Source: Rhynchopus sp. YZ270_cl-10 (taxonomy: Eukaryota). Taken from it: a stretch of 64,000 nt of DNA. Position numbers and translations under genes: made by a program. The notes beneath the pieces are model-generated. The model was not told where the DNA came from, searched no databases, and worked only from the letters and a program-made list of their open reading frames with translations. Within the stretch, counting starts at the first letter, position 1, and the number at the start of each line of letters is the position of its first letter. Location: the NCBI GenBank assembly GCA_964035575.1, contig OZ037837.1, forward strand, positions 1,116,001 through 1,180,000. The letters run 5' to 3'. Shown one piece after another: positions 23,074 to 33,737 of this stretch.

Positions 23074-25227
23074 ATGGAACTGACCATCAAGGACTGCTCC
23101 AACAACTTGTACGTGATCGAGGTGGGTGTGGATGACACAACGGAGACGATGCGGCAGAAGGTGGCGACTGCAGCAGGGTTGGCTGAGGACAGCTTCCACA
23201 TGGGCTTCGGAGGGAAGCAGGAAGGAGAGGACATCACGCAGCTGAGTGCTGGAGACACAGTCGTGCTGACGAAGACGAAGAAGTACAAAGCCATTGCAGA
23301 GCTTCATAAGTTGGGTGAGACCGATATCACTGCAGAGAGGCTGGAGACTGTGGAGGATCCTGTGGTGGCGTGTTTGCTTCTGCAGGCGGAGGTTGCGACT
23401 GTCATTCCGAATCGCTTCTTAGCAGACACATCGTTAACAACACTTGATCTCAGTGCTGTTTCGTGTGTGACGGAAATTCGTGACAATTTCCTTGCTGGGT
23501 GCGCAACGTTGACAAGTATCAACCTCTCTGGGTTGTGCAATGTGACGCGGATTGGTGAAGGCTTTCTTTCCAGTACAGGCCTCACAGCATTAGACTTGAC
23601 ACCACTCAGCAGGATTACGCAAATAGATGGTTCGTTTCTTGTCGGCTGCAGCGGCCTCACAGAACTAGACTTGTCGCCACTCAGCAGGATTGCACACATA
23701 GGTGATGGCTTTCTTGCCCGCTGCACGGGCCTCACAGAACTAGACTTGACACCACTCAGCAGGATTGCGCAAATCGACGAAAGCTTTCTTGAAGGCTGCA
23801 GCGGCCTCACAGCATTAGACTTGACACCACTCAGCAGGATTACGCAAATAGATGGTTCGTTTCTTGTCGGCTGCAGCGGCCTCACAGAACTAGATTTGTT
23901 GTCACTCAGCAGGATTGCACACATAGGTGATGGCTTTCTTGCCCGCTGCACGGGCCTCACAGAACTAGACTTGACACCACTCAGCAGGATTGCGCAAATC
24001 GACGAAAGCTTTCTTGAAGGCTGCAGCGGCCTCACAGCATTAGACTTATCACCATTCAGTAGGATTGCACACATAGGCGGTTGGTTTCTTCTCGGCTGCA
24101 GCAGTCTCACAGAACTAGACTTGACACCACTCAGCAGGATTGCGCAAATAGGCGAAAGCTTTCTTTCCGGCACAGGCCTCACAGAGATAGACTTGGCACC
24201 ACTCAGCAGGATTGTAAAAATAGATGGTTGCTTTCTTCTCGGCTGCAGGAGCCTCACAAAATTAAACTTGACACCACTCAGCAGGGTTGCGCAAATAGGC
24301 GAAAGGTTTCTTGAGGAGTGCAGCAGCCTCACAGAACTAGACTTGACACCACTCAGCAATGTCACAGACATAGGCGATTGCTTTCTTAACGACTGCAAGA
24401 GCCTCACAGTGCTGAACTTGGCACCACTCAGCAAGGTTACGATAGTTGGTAGTTTCTTTCTCTACGGCTGCAGCGGCCTCACAGAACTAGACTTGACATC
24501 GCTCGCCAATCTTACACAACTACGTGAATACTTTCTTGCCACCTGCACAGGCCTCACAGCATTAGATTTGTCGCCACTCACCAGGATTACACAACTTGGC
24601 GAGAACTTTCTTCAAGGCTGCAAGAGCCTCACAGTATTAGACTTGTCGCCACTCAGCAGGATTGCACACATAGGCGAAAGCTTTCTTGCCAACTGCTGGG
24701 GCCTCAGAGAACTAAACTTGTCGTCACTCAGCAATCTTTCAGACATTAGTGGTTGGTTTCTTGAGGACTGCAGGAGCCTCACAGAACTAAACTTGACACC
24801 ACTCAGCAATGTTACAGACATAGCTGACTGTTTTCTTGACGGCTGCACCAGCCTCACAGAACTAGACTTATCGCCACTCGAAAATATTGTGCAAATAGGA
24901 GAGTGCTTTCTCGACAACTGCAGCGGCCTCACAGAACTAGACTTGACGCCGCTGTGCATGGTTTATAAAATCGGTGATGGCTTTCTCGCCAACTGCACCA
25001 GCCTCACAGTGCTTGACTTATCCCCACTCGGCATAGTCATGCACATGGGTGAGCTACATGCTGACGAGTACACTTCGTTGAAGAGCATCCACCTCTCCGG
25101 CTGCAGCAGCGCTGTGTCGAGTCGAGTACAGGAAAGCAACCTGAAGGAGCTTGTTGATGCACGTCCGAAACGTAGCAGAGACGAATCTCCCGAGCAGTGC
25201 CGCAAGCGACGGAGAGGCTCAGAATGA
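23074..25227 (+). CDS. UBL-LRR-NLS protein copy B (22 LRR units, 717 aa)
   Basis: Intact ORF; UBL-like N-terminus, 25-aa repeats LTELDLxPLSxxxxIGxxFLxxCxx, C-terminal KRSR...RKRRR. Confidence 0.93.
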   Translation: MELTIKDCSNNLYVIEVGVDDTTETMRQKVATAAGLAEDSFHMGFGGKQEGEDITQLSAGDTVVLTKTKKYKAIAELHKLGETDITAERLETVEDPVVACLLLQAEVATVIPNRFLADTSLTTLDLSAVSCVTEIRDNFLAGCATLTSINLSGLCNVTRIGEGFLSSTGLTALDLTPLSRITQIDGSFLVGCSGLTELDLSPLSRIAHIGDGFLARCTGLTELDLTPLSRIAQIDESFLEGCSGLTALDLTPLSRITQIDGSFLVGCSGLTELDLLSLSRIAHIGDGFLARCTGLTELDLTPLSRIAQIDESFLEGCSGLTALDLSPFSRIAHIGGWFLLGCSSLTELDLTPLSRIAQIGESFLSGTGLTEIDLAPLSRIVKIDGCFLLGCRSLTKLNLTPLSRVAQIGERFLEECSSLTELDLTPLSNVTDIGDCFLNDCKSLTVLNLAPLSKVTIVGSFFLYGCSGLTELDLTSLANLTQLREYFLATCTGLTALDLSPLTRITQLGENFLQGCKSLTVLDLSPLSRIAHIGESFLANCWGLRELNLSSLSNLSDISGWFLEDCRSLTELNLTPLSNVTDIADCFLDGCTSLTELDLSPLENIVQIGECFLDNCSGLTELDLTPLCMVYKIGDGFLANCTSLTVLDLSPLGIVMHMGELHADEYTSLKSIHLSGCSSAVSSRVQESNLKELVDARPKRSRDESPEQCRKRRRGSE

Positions 25228-26549
25228 TAGAAGGCCGGTGCGTTTGCAACCGGCAAGAGCACAGTCAGCCGCATCTGCATCGATGCGTCAGAGGCAACCC
25301 GCAGTACCATGGTCCGAAGCTTCTGTGAACTGTTGTTACGTTTTTGCTCTCGTTTGTCGGTCTTGCCACGAGAAGGGGTAATAGGGTAATAGGGGAATAG
25401 GGTCGGGGTGGGTACGACATTGGGGGATTCACGCATTCTTTGTTTCGATTTCTTTTCCTGAAGAAGGGTTTTAGTTGGGGAGGGGAGGTGGGGTGTTTGG
25501 GTAAGTAATGTGTGAAGAACAGCGAAGCCAAACATTCTTGTAAGAGGAGTGTACGTCTTGTGTTCACATCTAAAAGCAAAACTGTGAGGGAGACATACAA
25601 GTGTATCGTGTGGAAGAGAGGTAGGGAGTGGGGGTGTTCTGTTAAAAGGTGCCGTGTTACGACCTGGCAACTTCCAGCAGTAGGTTAAGTAATCTTTCTT
25701 GTAAATTGTTGGATCATTATCTCCTCAGTGCATGAATGCCCCACGTGACTGGACACTTTTGTGTTTGTCATGTGGAGCTGTGGTTGCTCTTTCACGACTT
25801 TTTTCCTGTTCCTGGGTACCTGGACCTGGACCTGGGTATCTGGGTATCGGTACCTGGGTACCTGGGTACCAAGAAGGCAAAAAATCAAGAATCCGGATTA
25901 TGCGACAATGTGGATTATTAATCCACATTGTCGTAATCCACATTTTTAGAGTCCACATTGTCGTTTCCCCTTTTTTTTTTATATAGTAAACTGCTTATCA
26001 ACTTAAACCCGCAAACCCAGACCAGAATATTGAACGAGGATAGTGGTGTGGGAAGTATCCAAGTGGTTACTACACCTTTTGGGTCTGAACTGTCCTTTTT
26101 GCAAACGTTTTGGGTCTCTTAAATCTGGGGTGGAACAGGGATATGGTGCTTTTCGTGCATATGGGTGCACCATGTTCTTTGCTAAGAGAACGAAACAAAA
26201 TGAAATAGAAGCAACGCAAAGGGGACTGTTCAACAAGTATACTCCACGAACGTTTTCCCCTCCATCCCTCATATTTTGATACTAACTCGCCGTGTGCGCT
26301 GTGCTCCACACAGCACAACGTAACGTCCACGAAACACGGTGCTGGCATTTGTGCGGGAAGGGGAGGCACAAAGAACGCTGTCACTTCTGTGGTGATGAAT
26401 GGTGCAGAAGCTTGGCAACGATTACCAGCCTCTCACTCACCTTTCCTGTGTGCTGCAGTCTTGAACGCACACTCTGTTTCCATCCCATGCCACCCACCCA
26501 ACCCCTTCCAGACACCCCTGCACCCTCCCACCTCTTCGAAACACACAAC

Positions 26550-28772
26550 ATGGGTTCTGACACGCAGCCCACCGCACCACAGATGCCGAGCTGTGAGAAC
26601 TGTGGCGTGCCTGCACAGCTGCAGTGCGGGATGTGCGTGGAGCTGTTCTTCTGCGACAAGCCTGCGTGCTATGACGCTTGCCACACAAGGCCACGTGACC
26701 GTGAGGCACATCGCGCTTCTGTGACTGCGTTCGGGACATCGTCGAAGTGTGCACTTCACCCAGGCCAAGAGCTGTGCCTCGTCTGTGAAGACCCTGCGTG
26801 TGGAGACGCGTTGATCTGCACTCGCTGTGACAAGTGCGACACACATGTGGGACACAAGACAGTTTACATCACGGACTACATGAAACGCCAGCGTGACACC
26901 CTCTGCTCGCACGTGGCAGACCTGACAACACAGCGGACTGCTGCAAAGGAGGAGTGCCGTGTGCTTGAGGCACTCCCTCCCACAGAGGACAGGTACAAAG
27001 ACCTTCTCCTGCAGACACACGTCGGGCACCTCGTGATGCGTGAGGATGTGTCGCGCAGCGAAGTCATGTGTGAGGAGGAGGTGGTACGGAGCTGCCTCGC
27101 ACAAACACTCAGTCGTGAAGGGGAGGTGTGTGCGCTGAAGACGTTTGTTGCGAAGGCAGGACGCGCGATTGCTGAGTGCGAGGCGGTGTGCCAGCTTGGG
27201 GACGACCAGGTGTTGCGTGCGGTCACAGAGTCGCAGGCCATTATGCGGAACATCAACAGCATGGCAGCGAGTGGAGACCGCCACCGCCTTGTGGGTGCTG
27301 CACACCCACACGCAACGTTTTCCCTGAAGCTGCCTGTTTCGAACGTGCACGACGCCCTTGCCCAGATGTTGGCAAGGTTGCCACTTTTTGGTGATGGTTT
27401 CCCGCCATCCGCAGCCTCAAGCTCGTCAGGTGCAGCAGGGTTCCCGTCGTTTGCCCCGAGCAGCAGTGCTGCTGGTGCAGCGTCCTCAAGCGCCGCAGCA
27501 ACTGGTGGTTTCCCATCGTTTGCAGGAAGCTCGTCCAGCGCAACAGGGGGCTTCCCGTCGTTCGGCCCCAGTAGTGGAAACACATCAACAGCGACAGCAA
27601 CAACAGCAGCCTCCTCAAGCGCTGCAGCAGGTGGTTTCTCCTTCACTGCGAATAGGTCCGCATCAGCGAAAGGCGGCTTCCCTTCGTTTGCAGCATCAAC
27701 AGCAGCAGCAGCCTCCAGCACGACAGGGGGGTTCCCTTCCTTCTCTGTCTCTAGTTCCTCTGCACCTGCAGGCGGAGGGTTCCCTGCATTTGCCCCTACC
27801 TCCAGCATAGCAGCAGGCTTCCCTTCGTTTGCAGCATCAACAGCAGCCTCATCCAGCACGACAGGGGGTTTGTATGCCTTCTCTGCCTCTAGTTCATATG
27901 CACCTGCAGGCGGAGGGTTCCCTTCGTTCGGTAGCACTGCCCCTGCTGCAGCTGAACCGGCTGGGTTCAGCTTCGGAGCAACCTCAGCAGCGGCAACACC
28001 GTACTCAGCTACCCCCGCAGCAGCCGCATCAACGGGGTTCAGCTTCGCCCCTCCCACAACGCAGGTCAACACGCAGAGGAGGAAGCAGGATGCCATTGCA
28101 GCACTTCGTGTGTTGGGTGAGACAACACTTACAGCGGAAAGGTTGAAGCAGGTGAATGATCAGCGCAGTGATCCGAAGGTGGCTTGCTTGCTCCTGCAGG
28201 CAGGAGTTGCGACTGCGATTCCAGACAACTTCTTCTCGAGAACCAGAGTGACGTGCATTGATCTCAGTCATGCGTCTGCTGTGACTGTGATTGGGGACGA
28301 ATTTCTTCATGACTGCACAGCTTTGACCAAAGTTGACTTCAGTGGATTGCAAGCTGTCACCTCAATTGGGTACAGGTTCCTGCGTGGGTGCACAGCATTG
28401 TCGACAGTTGATCTGAGTGCATTCCAAGCTGTCACCTCGATCAGGTACTCGTTCCTCAAGGGGTGCACATCCTTGACCAAAGTTGACCTCAGTCCTTTAC
28501 GAGCGGTCACTGCGATTGACGAAGCGTTCCTGGCTGAGTGCACATCAGTGTCAACAGTTGACTTGAGTGGATTCCAAGCAGTCATCAGGATTGGGGACTG
28601 GTTCCTCAGCGGGTGCACATCATTGTCCACAGTTGACTTGAGTGCATTGCAAGCTGTCACCTCGACTGACAGGTACTTCCTCGGTGGGTGCACATCATTG
28701 AAGACCTTGCACGGAAAGGAAAAGTGCAGCAATGCTGTACTCAGAGTGCTACCACAACACCTACGACAGTGA
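26550..28772 (+). CDS. B-box1/B-box2/coiled-coil + GFPSF-repeat low-complexity region + LRR protein (alternative start 26487)
   Basis: CENC...CGMC...C...C...H...H and CALH...C...C...C..C...H..H zinc motifs, helical region, Ala/Ser/Gly region with GFPSF repeats, 25-aa LRRs. Confidence 0.88.
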   Translation: MGSDTQPTAPQMPSCENCGVPAQLQCGMCVELFFCDKPACYDACHTRPRDREAHRASVTAFGTSSKCALHPGQELCLVCEDPACGDALICTRCDKCDTHVGHKTVYITDYMKRQRDTLCSHVADLTTQRTAAKEECRVLEALPPTEDRYKDLLLQTHVGHLVMREDVSRSEVMCEEEVVRSCLAQTLSREGEVCALKTFVAKAGRAIAECEAVCQLGDDQVLRAVTESQAIMRNINSMAASGDRHRLVGAAHPHATFSLKLPVSNVHDALAQMLARLPLFGDGFPPSAASSSSGAAGFPSFAPSSSAAGAASSSAAATGGFPSFAGSSSSATGGFPSFGPSSGNTSTATATTAASSSAAAGGFSFTANRSASAKGGFPSFAASTAAAASSTTGGFPSFSVSSSSAPAGGGFPAFAPTSSIAAGFPSFAASTAASSSTTGGLYAFSASSSYAPAGGGFPSFGSTAPAAAEPAGFSFGATSAAATPYSATPAAAASTGFSFAPPTTQVNTQRRKQDAIAALRVLGETTLTAERLKQVNDQRSDPKVACLLLQAGVATAIPDNFFSRTRVTCIDLSHASAVTVIGDEFLHDCTALTKVDFSGLQAVTSIGYRFLRGCTALSTVDLSAFQAVTSIRYSFLKGCTSLTKVDLSPLRAVTAIDEAFLAECTSVSTVDLSGFQAVIRIGDWFLSGCTSLSTVDLSALQAVTSTDRYFLGGCTSLKTLHGKEKCSNAVLRVLPQHLRQ

Positions 28773-29621
28773 GAAGCACGAAAGCGTTCACTTTGCAGTT
28801 GTTGTTGTGCATCTTCACCCCTCGCACTGTGTGGTCAGCTGCACGACGGCTGCTCTGCACTGTGCTGAGGTGTGCTTCTTTATTATTTTTGGGAGGTGGT
28901 GACAGAGTGAGGTGGGGTTTGTTGGGATGAGTCATACGAAACAATTGGGAGGATTTGAGAGGGTTGGCTGGGTGTTGTGAACAACAGAGCATTTCTTTGG
29001 GGTTTGGGTGAGGGAAGGTGAGGGTGGGGTCCTTCTTAGGATCAGAAGTGTGTCCACTAAATTGGGTTTTCATTTTTGAGTTTTGGATGTTTGGAGCACT
29101 GCTGCGGGTTTCAAGCAGGTGTTTTGTATCTCTACGGATTCGTGGAGAGCAATGGGTTGAGCAAAGAGACTTGTCTGAGTGCAACAATACACGGATTTAA
29201 ATTTCGGAATTTGGCCAAAAAGGGTCGGATTTAAAGTAATGCTTGGGACTGTTTAGAAAGCTGGTTTCAATCACCCTGTTAACACGATGCTCAAGAATAG
29301 CTTGCAGGTAATCGCCTCTTCCACTTTTTCGAGTAAGTACACACCAAAAGAGAAAGGCTGACTTTTAAAGGTGGTGTCGAGCAACAGTACCAGCTACCAG
29401 CTACAGTACATTTGCCAGATCGATTCGCTGCTGGTGTGTCTCGCAGCCATACACACCACACTGCAGGTTATCAAAGTGTTCATTGATAACTGTTTTTCAC
29501 TTTTTTTTTTTGGTCGATGGATTATGCATGGGACAACAACCATTGCAATTAGAACATGACAAAAGAATGATATCTTTTATCTTTTATCAAGAAGAAGACC
29601 CCTTCTCCCCCTCTCCCCCCA

Positions 29622-30082
29622 CTAGGTTGCATTATTCGAATTATTCGTAAACTTAATTATACGAATTATACGGTATTCGGTCTTTGCATTATTTTTTACC
29701 AAAACCAGCACTAAAACCGCCTACACCGTAGGTAACCGGCGGAGTTTCCGCCAAGGGGTACCGGGGGGTATACCATGGTGTACCATGGTACCCCCCCGGG
29801 AAAAATGGGGTTTTAGAGGTTGTAGATGACCCTGTGGTCAGTGTGACCCCACCGTGTCAGCCTCTACCCAAGTCACATTGTGTTCTCTCTATTTCTTTGG
29901 GCAATCACGATCAGAGTATTTTTATTTTTGGTAAAAATAACGCAAAAGAACTCAAAAAAAGTGGGGGGGGAACGGACTGCTGGTCCCAACTCCTCGTACC
30001 AGCAGCACCGTATAATACGGTAATCGTATAATTCGAATTGTACGGTATTCGGTCGGTGCCGAGCACGTATAATGCAACCTAG
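29622..30082. mobile_element. MITE-like element with perfect 14-bp TIRs
   Basis: CTAGGTTGCATTAT (29622-29635) / ATAATGCAACCTAG (30069-30082), shared subterminal TACGGTATTCGG motifs; no clean TSD. Confidence 0.7.
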
Positions 30083-31341
30083 CTCCAACCACGACCCTTC
30101 AGATGACCAAGCACGAGGCTTGCGTATTCATGTTTATTTAGGCGTATGTACAAGAGACATATCGCCAGTGTTCTTTATTTTGTATTTTATTTGTTTGGAG
30201 AGGTGTGTGCGTTTCACCACAACCTCCCTTTTGTCTTCATTGTTGTATTGTTTGCGGGGTGATGGGTAAACATAATAAAAGGGAAAGTAGGGTTTCAATT
30301 ATATTTGTTTTTGCTTCTCGGTGCCTACCGTACACAGAGACACTTTGCACTAATGTAAGCGGTTAAAAGTCAGTTTTCTTTTATGGTTGGCCGAAGATCT
30401 TAGTGACGAACACGAAAAATCACAGTTAAAAAAAAAAAAAAACTTTGTTCCGTTTTTGGAGCGAAGTGATTGTCGACACAACAAAAAAAAACGATTGTAG
30501 CGAAAACAACAGAGCGAGGATGATCCCAGGTCGGCTGGGAAAAGAATCATTTCGTACTATGATCGTTGGTGAACCATGTTCTCTGCCAACAAAATAAAAT
30601 AAAACGAAAGATGGAAGCAACGCAAAGGGTACTGCACAACAAGTATACTTCACAAACGTTTTCCCCTCCATCCCTCATATTTTGATACTAACTCGCCGTG
30701 TGCGCTGTGCTCCACCCATACCCACACAGCACAACGTAACGTCCACGAAACACGGTGCTGGCATTTGCACGGGATGGTGGTGGTGGCTTGGCTGCGCTTG
30801 GGCGTTCTTTTGGGTTTGGGGCACGGTGCACTGGGTGGGCTGGTGGGCGGGATCGCAGGAGGGAGACGTCGTTGTCGGAGGACACAGGTGCAGGGCACGT
30901 TGTGTGGTAGTGCAGCACGACTGGTTCTGGCTCGATGTGCAGTGTGTTGTCGTTGTGGTGATGCTGGGGTGGAACAGGGACGTGCCCAGCCGTGGGGTGC
31001 TTTCGTGCATTTGTCTGGCACCTCGGCTTGCCGTGGTTGCAGCACGAGAGCACCTTTGGCGTTCTTGCTGGGGTGGGTGGGGTGGGGTGCCTATCTTGGG
31101 TGGTGTTTTTATTCAGTGTGTGGGTTCACTTTCGCGACATGGCACTGTGCCGTCTGTGCCCCTCAGGCAGGTGGCAGCTGGTGGGTGTTCTTCTCCCAGG
31201 TCGTCTAAGCAGTCACCTACCATCGTGCGTCTTGCGGCTTCGTGCGGTGTCGTTGCACGGCTCTGCCTGCCAAGGGGTTTCTACGTCGTTGCCCCAACCC
31301 CACAACCCCACCACACAACAGAGCAACACAAAAGAAGACAA

Positions 31342-32523
31342 ATGGAACTGACCATCAAGGACTGCTCCAACAACTTGTACGTGATCGAGGTGGGTGTGGA
31401 TGACACAACGGAGACGATGCGGCAGAAGGTGGCGACTGCAGCAGGGTTAGCTGAGGACAGCTTCCACATGGGCTTCGGAGGGAAGCAGGAAGGAGAGGAC
31501 ATCACGCAGCTGAGTGCTGGAGACACAGTCGTGCTGACGAAGACGAAGAAGTACGAAGCCCTTGCAGAGCTTCATGCGTTGGGTGAGACCGATATCACTG
31601 CAGAGAGGCTGGAGACTGTGGAGGATCCTGTGGTGGCGTGTTTGCTTCTGCAGGCGGAAGTTGCGACTGTCATTCCGAGTAGCTTCTTGGCAGAGTCATC
31701 GTTAACAACACTTGATCTCAGTGCTGTTTCGTGTGTGACGGAAATAGGTGACTGTTTCCTTGCTGGGTGTTCAACGTTGACAAGTATCAACCTCTCTGGG
31801 TTGTGCAATGTGACGCGGATTGGTGGATCTTTTCTTTCCTGCTCAGGCCTCACAGAGCTAGACTTGACACCACTCAGCAGGATTACGCAAATAGGCGAAA
31901 GGTTTCTTGACAACTGCTGCGGCCTCACAGAACTAGACTTGTCGCCACTCAGCAATGTCACAGACATACGCGAAGGCTTTCTTTCCAACTGCTGGGGCCT
32001 CACAGATCTGAACATGTCACCACTTCGCAATGTGACGACAGTTGGTGGTTGGTTTCTTCACGGCTGCGAGAGCCTCACAGTATTAGACTTGACACCACTC
32101 AGCAGGATTGCACACATAGGTGATTGGTTTCTCTCCGAATGCAAGAGACTCATAGCACTAAACATGTCACCACTTCGCAATGTTACGATAGTTGGTGAAT
32201 ACTTTCTCGAGGACTGCAACAGCCTCACAGAGCTAGACTTGACACCACTCAGCAATGTTGCGCAAGTAGGCGAAGGCTTTCTTGCCAACTGCACAGGCCT
32301 CACAGAGCTAGACTTGTCACCTCTCAGAGCAGTCATGCACATGGGTGAGCTACCTGATCACCTGTACTCTTCGTTGAAGAGCATCCACCTCTCCGGCTGC
32401 AGCAGCGCTGTGTCGAGTCGAGTACAGGAAAGCAACCTGAAGGAGCTTGTTGATGCACGTCCGAAACGTAGCAGAGACGAATCTCCCGAGCAGTGCCGCA
32501 AGCGACGGAGAGGCTCAGAATGA
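31342..32523 (+). CDS. UBL-LRR-NLS protein copy C (9 LRR units, 393 aa)
   Basis: Family ATG after ACAAAAGAAGACAA; intact frame. Confidence 0.92.
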   Translation: MELTIKDCSNNLYVIEVGVDDTTETMRQKVATAAGLAEDSFHMGFGGKQEGEDITQLSAGDTVVLTKTKKYEALAELHALGETDITAERLETVEDPVVACLLLQAEVATVIPSSFLAESSLTTLDLSAVSCVTEIGDCFLAGCSTLTSINLSGLCNVTRIGGSFLSCSGLTELDLTPLSRITQIGERFLDNCCGLTELDLSPLSNVTDIREGFLSNCWGLTDLNMSPLRNVTTVGGWFLHGCESLTVLDLTPLSRIAHIGDWFLSECKRLIALNMSPLRNVTIVGEYFLEDCNSLTELDLTPLSNVAQVGEGFLANCTGLTELDLSPLRAVMHMGELPDHLYSSLKSIHLSGCSSAVSSRVQESNLKELVDARPKRSRDESPEQCRKRRRGSE

Positions 32524-33737
32524 TAGAAGGCCGGTGCGTTTGCAACCGGCAAGAGCACAGTCAGCCGCATCTGCATCGGTGCGTCAGAGGCAACCCGCAG
32601 TACCATGGTCCGAAGCTTCTGTGAACTGTTGTTACGTTTTTGCTCTCGTTTGTCGGTCTTGCCACGAGAAGGGGTAATAGGGTAATAGGGGAATAGGGTC
32701 GGGGTGGGTACGACATTGGGGGATTCACGCATTCTTTGTTTCGATTTCTTTTCCTGAAGAAGGGTTTTATTTGGGGAGGGGAGGTCGGGTGTTTGGGTAA
32801 GTAATGTGTGAAGAACAGCGAAGCCAAACATTCTTGTAAGATGAGTGTACGTCTTGTGTTCACATCTAAAAGCAAAACTGTGAGGGAGACATACAAGTGT
32901 ATCGTGTGGAAGAGAGGTAGGGAGTGGGGGTGTTCTGTTAAACAGGGGTTGTTTTTACTCCTCACAGGGTTTTCAATACTGCATAAATTGTATCGTTTTT
33001 TCACCTACCCAACCTGACCCAACACAGCCCATCTGGGCCCACCTGGGGTCAATTATACCCAATTATACCCTAGTACAGCCCTATTTTGCGCAATTACACC
33101 CAGTCACACCACTAGTACAACTCCGGTGTTTTTGACGGGGGCTTACCAGGGGGTGACCTGTTTTGCTTGCTCACACGGTGGGGTCCAGCCTCTGAGCGGG
33201 TCAAACGGGATACTCAACTAGAGGGTGTGACGACACCCGCTTTCGGGTGTGGCACCCCCGAAAAGTGGGAAAGCCTATGACGGGTTTTAGTAACAGTACA
33301 GGGGACTGCATGCCTTCCGTATATTTTGTGGCAGTATATGCCCACTCAGCCTTCTTCCTCACATACGTAAGGTCATTTTTACCTTGTAAAATTACAACAC
33401 TGGTGGCATGCTTCCCAGCACACATCAGCTCATATAAAACCGGTAAAAACACATGCAATCTGTGGTGGTCAAAAGTACAAAATTCCTTCGCCAATGCATT
33501 ATTTGGGCATTTGTTATACCTGTCAGGTCACTCTTCAGACCACCTGGCGTTTACCCCAAAAATAACACTTTTTCATACTATTTTTGACCGTGGAGTTTGT
33601 GTATAGGTACAGGTGATGGTTTTCGGAAGTTGGCAATCAGGAAATGGCGAAAGGGTGGTACAGACAGGAGAGGTTCCCACATGTTTCCCCCAACCCCACA
33701 ACCCCACCACACAACAGAGCAACACAAAAGAAGACAA

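Noticed and set aside
23304..24434. Long minus-strand ORFs opposite LRR genes (also 37821-39101, 26876-28096 and others)
   Set aside because: Antisense shadows of repetitive coding sequence
30682..31341. N-terminal extensions of UBL-LRR ORFs (also from 33597, 37474, 60736 and 26292)
   Set aside because: Non-ATG starts through leader modules whose frames differ between copies; the conserved ATG lies downstream
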